DNA of 61,305 nt, the filler included, from Hausera hauseri (taxonomy: Eukaryota), in NCBI GenBank assembly GCA_046269625.1. It is 12 parts of 12 records of this genome, joined end to end, with 100 filler letters (N's around TTAATTAATTAA, not from the genome) between each part and the next. Parts side by side here need not be neighbours in the genome. Positions count along the whole stretch, not along the records: positions 1 to 5,986 come from JBJURY010157978.1; positions 6,087 to 11,087 come from JBJURY010364706.1; positions 11,188 to 15,685 come from JBJURY010553005.1; 9 more parts are not named here. The stretch is one strand, 5' to 3'. Positions 1-12,414 of this stretch are shown here, one piece after another (the stretch's first letter is position 1; every line of letters starts with the position of its first letter). A model generated the notes under the pieces. That model did no database searches and had not been told where the DNA came from. It saw only the letters and a list, made by a program, of their open reading frames with translations. The position numbers were made by a program, and so were the translations under genes.

Positions 1-407
1 GTTGCTGGAAAATATCTAATAAGTCATGAATGGATGTTTTACTGTAGTCGGTAAAAGACAAAGTAGGTTACGAGCTTTGGTTAGCGGATTGGTGATGTCG
101 TTGGATTGTAGCCAGAGCTGGTGGAAGTTAAGCCATATCTTGCTAGAATTTTCGTGGTCTATAAAATATTCAGTATAATGTGAGGGTATAGTAGGAGGGG
201 TTTTAGGCGAAAAGATAGGACCAGCTGAAGAAGTTTTGTTGGTTGATTTTGGGTCATAGACAACGGATTTAGGTTTTGTAATGACATTATCTGTTGTACC
301 GTTGGTTAATGAAGGTAGCATGACATCACAGGTTCTGGGGTTGATGTCAAAGCGGAGGAAGAATAGAGAAAATGTGATGTCTCGAAAGCTCGTGAAAGTG
401 AATCCAT
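1..407 (-). mobile_element. Ty3/Gypsy (CsRn1-like) gag 5' part, degenerate (copy A)
   Basis: TEYFIDHENSSKIWLNFHQLWLQS..KARNLLCLLP aligns with the gag of copies H, I and L; start context CACAATGGAT is shared with copy L. Confidence 0.7.
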
Positions 408-441
408 TGTGAGTCAGGTAAAAATCGGATATGAGTTATTG

Positions 442-660
442 TGCGGATGTGTTCGTGCAAGTTGGTAAGTGTATGTTTATTAAGTATAAGATATGCACCA
501 ATGTATTATTTAAAAAACAGAAAATGGAAAATGGTGGTAGAAGGTAGCCGGATGGGCAGTGTGGTACCCCAGTACACCACAACCCGCGCCTCACGGTCGC
601 CGGGCGAGTCAACGGGGCCGTAGTCCCGCCACAACAGCGCCGACTCACTGGAACAATGCA
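442..660 (-). repeat. Putative short GC-rich LTR of copy A (~219 bp)
   Basis: Minus strand begins TGC and ends ATCCGCA; GC-rich block, then pyrimidine tract TTTTTTAAATAAT, then AATAAA; same layout as copies H, I, L. Confidence 0.5.
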
Positions 661-1900
661 GTCCTCATCAGATAACCGAACCGCAGATACGAAATTAATT
701 TCCGTGGTGGGATCGACACAGTGAAGTGCAGAATCTTCGTCGGCATTCGTTATAAAAGGGTTCGAGATGTGTCGAGAAATGTCCTGAAAGGTAAAGTTTT
801 TTCCTTCGATGATCAATTTTTGTTGTTGAGGATTAAGAAAGGACGTCTTACGCTCAGAGTACTTATGGAGTAGAGAAGTCGGTCTATTGAGCGGACTTAT
901 TAAATTATATATGTAAATAATTTGGGCTATAGGACAAAGTACCTCCATGTACGGAACATTGTCGATTGAAAGATAATGTAAAACAATAATAACAATTAAT
1001 CTGGACACTTCATTGGGCCAAATATTAGGCTTTAAAGATAATAATGTGTGTGCTATAGACCAAGAGAAAAGCTTGAATATAAAATATGGAATATCCTGAA
1101 TTTTATTTGACAAAATTTCGTTGCAAAAACAAGTACTTCGGAGATATAAGTTGTGTTAATTGCCAAAGAAATATTTGCATATAATGTACGGCACCAGTCT
1201 TCAGCTCGACGGTAGTCCTTTCCAAGTGAACAAAGAAAAGAAGTTATTTGATCTGAAGTTTTGTACAAATTTCCAGGAGCTATAAGTAATTTAAGTTCTT
1301 CTTCTGTTAATCATCCGGTTTTGTTTTGTACGTTGATCGTATAAACTCGAGAAAAACTGAGTTCACGATTTTTTAACATTAACGTCGTCTTCGATTTGGA
1401 ATCATTAATCGTCCAAATAATTACACTGAGGGTATGTTTGACAGCTTTTAATGAGGTTTACAATTCCCCCGATGCTCCTGAGAGTGGTTCCTTCGAGCTA
1501 TTCGTAGGTATCGAATAATGAGTAATTTGAACCGTTAAACAAAACAGAATCAACTACTTCAATACTTTCTTTTGGTGATTCTGATTTTATGATTTGTGAC
1601 ATTTTTGATATCGAACGAGTTCGTTCGTCGTTCTCTTTGGTTCATCTCAACAGTTTCGTTACTACTGACTCATCGATAACTTTGCTCCAATACAGTACAG
1701 GCAATCTGTTCCTATACACTTCGATTTCATCAATAAATTTCATGAAGATCCTTAAGAATATTAAGGCTTTAGGAAGCAGTTTCGAAGGTCGTTTGTTTGA
1801 AACATATTGACACAAAATATTAACCCGATTCGACCAAATTAAAAGGCCTTCGTCATCATCTCAGTGCAATTCAATGAACGTCCATTTCGCCGTTATTCGA
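661..1900 (-). pseudogene. Unidentified frameshifted protein-coding fragment
   Basis: Overlapping minus-strand ORFs 436-1113 and 1053-1268 plus upstream coding-like sequence; family not recognised. Confidence 0.35.
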
Positions 1901-2022
1901 AAACTGGTAAAACCACTAGAAAACATAATTAGGTTTTTGGAGGTTTTCTCGGAAATTTCTACTTTAAAAGTATATTTCAAAACAACTACTCGAATGATAT
2001 GAAAGATGAAAATGTTGGACTT

Positions 2023-3870
2023 TCAATCGGTAAATCGTATCCAAAATCTAATGGAAATGCGGTTCTTACAGACAGTAACAATCTCATTGAAACACGCCAG
2101 AAGTACCAACGAAAACTGGGCGTTGTTGAAAGAAACAAATAGACCAACAACATCTACGGTTTTGAAAACATTCGTATTTTCTGTAGATCCGAAATTATGT
2201 TTCAATTGATAGTGAACATTGTCCATATGTTTCATCTCATAAGCTAAATTTGTTCTATTTGCAGCAACAGATTCAAGGTCATATACGATAACAGATGCAT
2301 ATTGGACAACCGGCTTCGGATAATGTAACCCAACGACCAGTTGCGTGTTCCTATTACCAGAATTCGTGAACTCCGCTGTAGCAGTCATTACATGGCCCAT
2401 CAAAACACCATTCATGTACACTTTCAAACCATCATCGAAACGCCATGAAACATCAAAAACGTGCCACTGTAGAACTTTAAGGACCGTCTTCCCAGTTAAT
2501 AACCAAGATTTGTTGTGAGTTTTCAGCTGAATGATGAAATATTCAAAATTACTTCCGATCATGAGGAGTTGATTGGATAAATATATCTGCTGTGGTGTTG
2601 CTAAATTGTCTGGCCGGAACCGAAGACGAATGCGTAGATCACAACGACAGTTTTCAGCATTAATAAAACAATCGGGGAGACCAGTCATGTTTACTACTAC
2701 AAAACGAGGACCAAAATTTCCTAGACTGAATCCCTCACCAAAATTTGTTTAAATTACTTTTCGTCATTGATGGCTATGTTAGGGTCATTGATAGGATTAA
2801 AATTTGTATTGAATGGTGCAGAATGCAACATTCGATCATTATCTTGCCAACTGTTGAGTTCGCTATTAGACAGAGATATTTCCAGGATACAAAGAGAATG
2901 GATTCTTGGCTTTAATGGAATAATTTTTGAAAAACTGTTCGACATCATCAAATGAAGTTGATCTGTTGGTTAAAAGTAAACAGCATAGGCATTCGAAAAT
3001 CGAAAGATTAGCATTTTCTCCGTCATAGCTGTTGTATTAATAATCATAGACCAGTAAGAACTATGTGAGGAATCTGCGTGGTTGAATGCAATCTTTAAAC
3101 AATTACTGAGATTAATTACATTATTGAACTCGAGTACACATTTGTAGTTTGCAACTATCGATCTGTTGTGTAGTTCAACATTTAACTCCCAAATGGATCC
3201 GTTAAAGATTGTACTAGAGTTCGTAGTGAATATAAATCGGTCAAACTCTACGTTCGTCAATTCACGTAAATCACCAAAGACAATGTATCTCGATGATATA
3301 AATGGAGGTATTGTTTCTTTTAAACAGTGTATTTATTTGTCGTAGCAAGAAGATTCGGATCGAGATAAAGAGAGAGATTTGATCTATAGACCAAAACTGA
3401 TACGCGCTGCCAAATTACTGTTTCTAGTGATCCTGATACTACGAATTTCTGGTTCATTCCATTAATGTAGACGGCTGAGAGTTTGTTTCCATAAAAAGTG
3501 TGTCTAATTAGTTGACTTTTATTTTTTAAAAGACGTAACGAATCCAAAATTGGAGTCTCAAAGCTTTACGATGAAAAATAATTTTGAAGCGCGTTCTTCC
3601 TTTAGGTGTCAACAAAACCAACCAATTTCCTGGTCGTATATTCAGTCCTTCATTAAATACCCCATCGGTAAATTGTAGCGGCGTGGAGAAATTGATAATT
3701 TCCATCTGTTTTTCGGTGATGGATGTCTTGTTTAAGGTCGAATTCGTGAATAATATCGTCACTTTGCTTAGTACATTTTTCCTTCGGACACTGGGAAAAC
3801 CGTGTACCCTGCATCGAAAAAGCGCAAAAGCAATCAGAACTGCACGCCGCGCAAAAATCAGATCGTGCAA
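2023..3870 (-). pseudogene. Multi-LamG/concanavalin-like domain protein, broken
   Basis: CFINAENC..LRIRLRF, WHVFDVSWRFDDGLKVYMNG..LVVG, WQRVSVLV..LSLYLD and DGVFNEGLNI motifs split over four ORFs by stops/frameshifts. Confidence 0.55.
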
Positions 3871-5986
3871 ATGGTACGGATTTCCAGACGAAACAACCGC
3901 AACTCTGGAACACGGTATTTCTTATTAACCTAACATAACCACAGATTATTTTCGATTTAAAAATCGTTTGATTCCTACCCAAATAAATCAAATTCCCTTT
4001 GATAAAATACTGAAGAAACAGATCATTATCATACATAATATTCGACCATTTAAATCCAATAAACGTTTCAATCTCATCGGGGAAAATGGTGAATATACCA
4101 CGAGAACATACAAATCCTCGGTATCTAATTCATCAAATTCAAAAAACATAAGTGCCATAGGTAAAGCATAAAAAACAATCACCGGGTGCTTCAGAAACAA
4201 CTGCCGACTTACCCGATTTGCTGTGCAAGGTTTCCGGTTGGTCAAAGCGATTAAAATGGTCAAGTCCAGCTTGCTTACACGATCACGACTGTATCTGTCT
4301 TGGGAGTTCTGACACCAATTGTGGTCATTGGATACTTGTACAGGATGCCACTGACCGAAATTAAGATAATTTAAAATAGTATTTATATCAGTGGTTTTTG
4401 GTTGTATAAATCGACCCCCGAAAACGATATGTAGCACACAATGATGATTATAATCATAGGGGGATTTATCAATTCCAAATACATACAATCTGACCCAACA
4501 GTTGGCATAACGATTGTAAAATAGTTTATTATAATCAACACGAGTTTAACTAATGATAATCAATCAATTTTTTTAAAGTTTTTAAAATGTTAACTTGAAA
4601 TTTAGCCAATCTTGCTACGTGCACATATTAAAACAACATCGATATTGAGTCGGCAGAATTCAGCAATTGCTCCAAAACCCCAGGTGATTGTCCAAAAAAA
4701 CTAGCAAACGAAATGTGGAACTAATAAAAAGAATAAGCATCCGACACAAAATTTTCGGCAACATTCCACGAAAACGAAATTATTAAATAAAATGCGATAT
4801 ATATTGATAGTATGATGAAGGCTGAAATATTGGTTGATGATAGGTCCTAATAAATTCCCATATTATATTTTCGCTTGCCACATCATCATCAAAATTTTTT
4901 AAATCCAATTCTTTAGTCGTTGATAAATTTCTGAAGTAATTTTGTCATGTTGCCATATACAACAATGAGACAGCGTTTTGTGAAAAACGGCACGTAGAAA
5001 AAATCCCCAAGAGACGTAAGCGAGTTCCGGCAAGACGGCGCCAAAGCGACGTAACCACCATACCCGGCTGTGTCCGGCCAAAATAGACCGAAGGGCAAAA
5101 TGAACGGTAGGCCTTCTGATTATGAAAATTAATCGCAATAGAATGAATAAATAGAACAGGAACATATATAAATACCAGCCTACAAACACAACAAGACACA
5201 TTTTTTAATCTTACAGAAAAAATTACAATATTTTACAACAGCTTGTGCTAACGGCAATTACATTATTCGACTAACCAAAGTTTATCAGAAATCCTATAGA
5301 TTAGTTTGAACTATGATTTAGAGGCTATATTGGTTGTTTAGAATCATTCTCGTACTGGCCTAGTCTGATCTTTTGTTCGACATTGTTAATTCTTTGAGAT
5401 GGCACAACAAACTGCAGACAACCACGAACAACAGGAAAGTGACAACACTGGTGAGTAATAAGTACCTATGTTGATATTGTTATTGTTTAATTATTTTAAT
5501 AATTCAATGAATGGTAATTAATGTAAGTAGTCAGCAGCCAATTATTATGTACCTAATTTTGTTGTTTAATAAATCTTAATGATAAAAACTGACGATTGAT
5601 ATGGGAATGGGATATTGTACGACCGATTAGATAAAATGTGAAGGAATTTAACTATACAACGGTTACTAAAGTAGAAAGCCCTCATGATGAGCTGTGCCGT
5701 AACACATGTTGGATAATCGAACAATGCAGTGCAAGTTAGATACGGGACTGAAGTTGCGACTGAGAATTTTGACTTTTCGGTTGTTGATGCTGGACAACGA
5801 TCGAGTTGCGGAAACTAATTATCTCGTCTTTGAAAGAAGAGAAATAGTTCATTTTGACAGATAAGCAGACTTCTACACGCACACATACTTGATTCCTATC
5901 GAATTAGATTGAAGCACTAGCAGAAGCATTGATCACTGTAATGAATCAAGTCAAAGGATGTGGATTCATAATCGATAGTGGCCTGG

Positions 5987-6086
5987 NNNNNNNNNNNNNN
6001 NNNNNNNNNNNNNNNNNNNNNNNNNNNNNNTTAATTAATTAANNNNNNNNNNNNNNNNNNNNNNNNNNNNNNNNNNNNNNNNNNNN
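5987..6086. other. Artificial contig spacer; the same spacer occurs at 11088-11187, 15686-15785, 19785-19884, 24877-24976, 31840-31939, 36118-36217, 41411-41510, 45464-45563, 49989-50088, 56098-56197
   Basis: 100-nt N block with central TTAATTAATTAA (stop codons in all six frames), repeated 11 times. Confidence 0.99.
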
Positions 6087-6418
6087 GTGGGTAAGATAAT
6101 AATTTACATGACAGCTACTGATCCAAAACAAACTAAATAACTAAGGGAAGCTGTATTTATTTATCTGTCTCACAATAATATATACTGTATATATTAATAA
6201 TATAAATGGCTTATACTGTACTTATGAGACAACTTATTTATGTCTTGGACTGTCTTGGACTTCAAATATGGTGCAATCTAGAAAATGCAAGAAAAAGTGG
6301 GTTTTCTGATATGTAGTTTTACAATGTTTTTTATTTTGTTTCTTTTGTGTACATGAATACTGCTAAATGGTTTAGATCCCTTAAAATAGTAAATTATTTT
6401 TTTATGCTTGTTTTACAG

Positions 6419-9245
6419 ATTATTACAAAAGTAATGTCGCAGGCAGAAACTGCACAAGTAAATCCTGACATGGAAAAAGAAGTTGATGTGATTGACTGTG
6501 TGTCAGGTCTGAAACACCAACCAACCACAGTGAATCATGCAACTCAGTGTGGATATAGACAGCTCATTTCTTATCGTTCCACCGGTAAATTTGCACATGC
6601 CTTACGCAAAATGTTAAGATAATTTCAGCTAAACTTTGATTCAGTTTGACTGCACAAATAATACAAAAACAACACATATTTTTCATTTTGTTTTATTGAT
6701 TTACAAAGCAAGTAGTGATGACTAGCCAAAACACTGAGCCCACTAAAAATAATATTTAAAATAAACGTATTTTCACAGGGACACAGGTCACCCTAACACC
6801 AGCCACCAGGGACATGGGGACCCAGTATGAGGAGAGTGATACAGTGTGGCAGTCAACACCATTGTCATCACCAGTATCATCATCTGAGCCCCAAGATGAT
6901 CAGGATGAGAGCTTCAGTGCTTTTGATGACTCGGACCCAATGTCTATTGATGACTCATTGTCAGATGATTCATCTCTGGAGGATGAACCTGGCTGGTTAG
7001 TTACTGCTTGCTTGGGAAAAAACAAAAAAACAATTTTGTACCTTTGTATCAATATTAATGATTTTTATTCTCAGCAAAACCCCAGCGGCAGACAAATACA
7101 TCGTTTGCCACGATGAGCTGATGGAGCTGTTCTGCATCTGCAGTTGTGGAGAACGAGCAGAGGCCACTATAACTAAAAAGTCTGGCACTTTCATAGAAAT
7201 TCAGCAGGTTGGTCATATAATGTATTCCTTCACCATTATACATGTACATTTTTTAGTTTACACATGAAATCCATGTTTATTTGATTAATGTTTTATTTAG
7301 TAAGTTTTGTTTATGTCTTTCAGACATGTGATTTTTGTGGTCACAAAAGATCCTGGAGAAATCAGCCTATTCTCCACAAAAACATGCCAGCCTGCAACCT
7401 TCTCCTGTCTGGGGCCATGCACTTCACAGGGTGTATGGTATCCCAAACTTTACGGATGCTGTCATTCTTAGGTGTACAGACTATTTCAGCTGGAACTTAT
7501 TTTAGGCATCAAAGGCTGTACACAATTCCGTCCATCATTTTAACCTGGCAAGAACAACAGTCAGCTTTGATGGAGCAGCTGAAGGAACTTGGTGGCGGTA
7601 TGCTGTTGTCTGGTGACTGCAGATCTGACAGCCCTGGGCACTGCGCAAAATATGGGTCATACACACTCATTGAGGAAAGACTGAACAAAGTCATTGATGT
7701 CCAGCTTGTCCAGGTATGCTAACCATTTTGGATTTTATCGAGACATCTTTAGAAGTGGATTTAAACTGCTTTAAAGTGATTTGTTTCCTTTTTTGTGTTA
7801 ACTATATTGATGCATTTTATTCCTTTTTTTAGAGCTCAGAGGTTCCAAACAGCACCTGGTGTGAGCTTGAGGGCCTGAAGCGGAGCATCAAGCTCTTCTC
7901 AGATAATGAGATGAGTGTTGATGTTCTGGTCACAGACCGTAATCGGCAGGTTGCAAAGTGGGTCAGAGACCAGCTTGCCCCACAAGGAACAAAGCACTTC
8001 TATGATGTCTGGCACTGTGGAAAAAGTAATCTTCCAATATGTTTCATGATTACAGATGTTCTTACTACAGAATCTTTAATTTACTTACCAATAAATTTAT
8101 GTTTTGGAAAACACAATATTTCTATTAAACTTTTACAGGTCTAGCAAAGAAACTGGACACGATCATCAGAGAGCGGGACTGTGAGGATCTGGCCCTGTGG
8201 AAGCAGTCCATCGTGAACCATCTCTACTGGACAGCTGCATCCACACCTGATGCAAACCCAGACTTAATGGAGGCGAAGTGGAAATCACTTGTGAACCATG
8301 TGCAAGACATCCATGAACATGGAACACAAGAGTTTCCTTCTTGTCTCCACCCTCCGCTGGAAGGACAGGACCGGAACAAACAATGGTTAATTCCAGGTAA
8401 CTGATTAACTTACCCTGAGGGTGTACGAACTACTGTCATATTTCACCTGGACAAATTATAATTATTTGGTTTATTTCAATGAAACTTTTTGTGACCAACA
8501 GGATCAACTGCTGCAGTGAAACTTGAGCAAGTGGCATGCCAGCCATTGTTTGTAAAAGATGTCAGACGACTGTCACCCCAGCATCAGACATATTCTCTGG
8601 AGGCATACCACTCTCTCATTCTGAAATTTGCGCCGAAGCACACAGGGTTCTCATACCTGGGCATGTATTCCAGGTAAATGTCATTTGTCTTAGTTCTTAT
8701 AAATACACTTCTAATGTTATGGATTAGTTACATTTAACAGTTGTTAAAATGTAATTGGGTCCCCATTTTACTTAGTATTTCACTTGAAAAAAATTTTTAC
8801 ATTTTCATTACAGATTGCTGCTAGCTGCTCTCCATTACAACAGCAATGGCAACAGAGACATAGCAAGAACAAAGGAGGGTGTGGAGAGGTACACTGTGTG
8901 CTATCCACGCTTCAAGAAAGGTGGATGGTCTGTGCGTCCAGTCAAAGAGGAACCAACCTATGGTAAAAATGATTTCAGGTTATTTGATTTCTGTTTATTA
9001 ATATCTGCCCCCTAATTTTTTTTATAATTACAGACTATGCTACAGCACTCCTCAGGAAGCTGGAGGAGACCTATGACAGGAATCCTCAGCTGCTGAGTGG
9101 TGCAATAGCTGCAGAGAGGTCAGCTGATCCTGGACCACTGGCAGCTGTGTGTGACAGAGTGGACAAGCAGGAGGCTGTTAGGCAGTATGTCAGAAAATCA
9201 AGGTTTGCAGCACAGGTAAAATTAGGTCCTCATTTACAGAATTGA
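6419..9245 (+). CDS. Kolobok-superfamily DDE transposase, spliced and 5'-incomplete. Exons: 6419-6584, 6779-6995, 7075-7207, 7324-7713, 7833-8025, 8139-8396, 8502-8673, 8814-8962, 9034-9245
   Basis: All introns are GT-AG and splice into one open frame; motifs KYIV..LMELF..C.C, SGDCRSDSPGHCAKYGSY, VLVTDRN, FYDVWH, NHLYW, TYSLEAYHS, LAALHYN. Confidence 0.85.
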
Positions 9246-9507
9246 TTGTTTATAGGGACAATTTGCATGGTGTCAAGTAAACTTCTGAAATGTAATCACT
9301 GAACTGTAGATTACCACTGACTCAATCTGATGGAACACTTAAAGCTGTACAGATTTAAAGCCAAAGCTTCTCAGTCTAAAAATCTTTGGCAATCAAGAAT
9401 TACATCATATAATGTTTATATGTTTGAGAATGTAAATAACAGCCAAGCAACTTTTAAAATGTTTCATACAGTTTTATTATGTATAAACTTGTCCTTTCAG
9501 AGGTAAG

Positions 9508-10754
9508 CTAGTCCAAATTAGGCCACTGGAAGCCGTTGTAGTGTCCTGCTTCATCTGAGAAGGCTGCTCTGATGGCGTTCACCACACAAGACGGCAGAGG
9601 TTTGCGGATGTGTCGCCCAATGATGCCATGGGTCCAGCGAATCATCTGCCGATACGCAATATAACGATATTGTCTGCAATATGAGAAACAATAAAATTGT
9701 CAACAATGTAACATTAATTTTAGAGATTTTAGGGTATTTAATTTTTGATATAGTTACTAAGAAATATTTTGATTACTTTTTTTTAATGTAATTTTGTACA
9801 GTAAACAATTTTTCCAACTCAATGTGTTCTTTATTTATATGTAATGCCTTGAAACAAATGTCTATACTTATATTGTGAAAATATGTTCTTACTCATTTAA
9901 CTGCAGACGTATGGGTCCATGCTGCTCTCTGAATGTGTGATAAGCCAGCCTTAGCACATAGGGGTTCAAACAGCAGCCGTCAAATCCAGGATGGCCAGTT
10001 ACACAGTGGATGTGAGATGCTGGGGGGTTCAAATTGAGCAAGAGCTGCTTGAATGGTTCCAGTTCCTGACAGCACACACTTTGAATGACTTGGTCCATTG
10101 GTCCACACTGGCCACACTGACACCTGAGTATGCATTACAAAATAAGGAGAAAAATAACTATGGTGTGATGTCAAAGATGAGAGCGCTTTACACAGGTTAT
10201 CCTGATGCATCTCAGTAATACAGGTAGAAAAATAAATCACTTATTTTTCTTTTTTGATTTACACAGATTAAAACTAATGTTTATTTTTATTAAAATGCAG
10301 CAGTAATAACAGACATTGGATTTGCAATGTTCATAAATGGCAAAAGTCCCAAATTGGATCATAAAAAAATGTGTAGGAAGCTAAAGTTTAGGCAAATGTT
10401 AAATCTATAAGGGGTATGACTAATGCTGTATCTATATTTCTATGTAAATACAAAACGTTTTTAACTCTAGGTAGAATATTTCTATAAGTTTTATGGATAG
10501 ATATTTGATGAAATATGTCAGATATGACATTCTGTCAAAACAACTTTTCATTTAAAAAGATGTTCTTACCAGTTAGCATTTCCAAGTCTGTGAGCATTTT
10601 CCTGTTCCCACGTTTCAATAGCTCTTCTTTCACCATTTAAATCCCCTCTGTTTCTCCTGTTTTCACCTTCTCTTGCTGCTGGTTCAAAATTATATGGCTG
10701 TGGACCCTCAGAATTAAACCAGTGATCTGTCGCCTCCTCCTGGTGCAATGCCAT
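9508..10754 (-). CDS. KolX / P2X7 C-terminal 'ballast'-like Cys-rich protein. Exons: 10754-10570, 10123-9893, 9673-9508
   Basis: Spliced product PYNFEP..WCQCGQCGPM..SVCCQE..CVTGHPGFDGCCLNP..YRYIAYRQMIRW..RKPLPSCVVNAIR..YNGF*; convergent with the transposase; minus-strand AATAAA near 9473-9478. Confidence 0.85.
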
Positions 10755-10787
10755 TTTCTCCAAGCTAAAGCAGGAACGTTCCCCTCT

Positions 10788-10822
10788 AGTTACGTCACTT
10801 CCGGTTTCCCGCAGGGGGCGCT
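10788..10822 (-). promoter_or_regulatory. ETS/CRE overlap motif and CTCF-like motif upstream of KolX
   Basis: Minus-strand CCGGAAGTGACGTAA and plus-strand CCGCAGGGGGCGC, 35-70 nt upstream of the KolX ATG. Confidence 0.4.
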
Positions 10823-11187
10823 ATTTTTAGACGGAGTAGAGAGGAAAGACCCAAACTGGTAGTAGTAGCATATTTTACTTTGAAATATGGGCTGTATCTT
10901 TGATGAAAATTTGAATATTAGAGATATTAGTGTACAGGGGCACCTACATGTGTTTAAAGTGAAAGACGCACTTTAAGTGGACTAATGCCCACCACAAAAG
11001 TACATTTTTGTTCACATTTTAATACCATCCCTCATCCTGAATCTGCTGTCCTGTCAGACATCTGTCTTAAAGGGCTCAAGACCAGAGNNNNNNNNNNNNN
11101 NNNNNNNNNNNNNNNNNNNNNNNNNNNNNNNTTAATTAATTAANNNNNNNNNNNNNNNNNNNNNNNNNNNNNNNNNNNNNNNNNNNN

Positions 11188-11780
11188 CAACATGGTACAT
11201 GGACTACCAATGTTCAATCTCATGCTCTTTACTTTGGAACTAATGGCATTGATCTGAACAGGAACATGGAGTAAAGCTAGTTGAGCTAGTCTGAAACCTT
11301 CAATGTGTAACCAGACTTTGTGATTTTGACAAAAGGTATGGATATCATCCAATTTGTCCATACTGCCAGTATTAGTACTACCCGCGAATGCAAATACCAA
11401 CAGTGACACTTTACCAGCATTCACATCAACTTAAATTAACTGTTCTAATGACACGGGATCCATGTTCGCATCACTAGTTGATTAAAAATTATTCAGAACT
11501 AAAGAAATGCATTCTGGTTGCAACCCGAGATTTATTTTCAGATAATCAACGATATTTGAATCAACTGCACTGTTTAAATAAATCACTGGGGGTTTTGAGC
11601 ATAAGGCATTATAGCCTTCAGTCTGATATTTTGAATATCGATCGACCAAAGCTATTTTTTAAACGGCCAGAAATCCATCGTAGAGTTTGTCGTGGAACAA
11701 TGTAGACGTGCAACGATATCGCCATATTTTCGAGATCCACTATCATTTTCTCGAAATTATCCATCACTTTTCCCATAACC
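11188..11780 (-). pseudogene. PDXDC1: Pyridoxal-dependent decarboxylase domain protein fragment
   Basis: LLVFAFAGSTNTGSMDKL..FCQNHKVWLHIEG.RLAQLAL; in-frame TAA just upstream (MDPVSLEQLI*VDVNAGK). Confidence 0.7.
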
Positions 11781-12414
11781 AAATTTGCATTTCACGTTTG
11801 AAATCAACAAAATGAGGATCAATATGATGATTTTACACAATAGTTTAATGATGGCTTCTGACAGAAACTTTCACCGATTTGTCACTAATTATCAATCATA
11901 GAATTATTTTCCATTAGACATTAATTATACAAATTGATTTTAGTTGTCGTTCTTTTGAATTGAGAAATGAACGTATGTTAATGCATTTTATCGTGTAAAA
12001 AATTTTCACAATCAACAAATTTAAGAATTTTATTTTTCACTAATATTGAAAAATATAGTCCAAGATAATTGAACTGCGACATTTAAGCGACCGTGGTGGG
12101 GTTCCGCGAGTAAGAGCCGGACGCCAAGTTTTGTAACTTTTGTTTTAATGCCACGATAATAAAAAAATGTTTTCTAACGGTTACTTAGAAAGTTTACAAT
12201 AATTTTTTTGAACTGTTGTATCGAATTTTCTTTTCAAAAGTTAAGGTTTCCCAAAAACCTTAAACGCAGATCATCGATATCAAAAAATTATAAAAGTTCA
12301 GTATTATCCATATATCGAGTTACTCTGTTGGTGCACAAAAATTCATACGTTGATATTTTGATGCACCAACAAAGTCTGGTTAAGGTCTTTGATTATTTTA
12401 ATGATTTAAATTGT

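Noticed and set aside
5678-5715. Hammerhead-like CTCATGATGAGCTGTGCCGTAACACATGT
   Set aside because: Two core positions are altered and the stem is minimal; too weak to call.
9508-10754. A true P2X7 receptor gene
   Set aside because: No channel domain; only the ballast-like domain, paired with a transposase.
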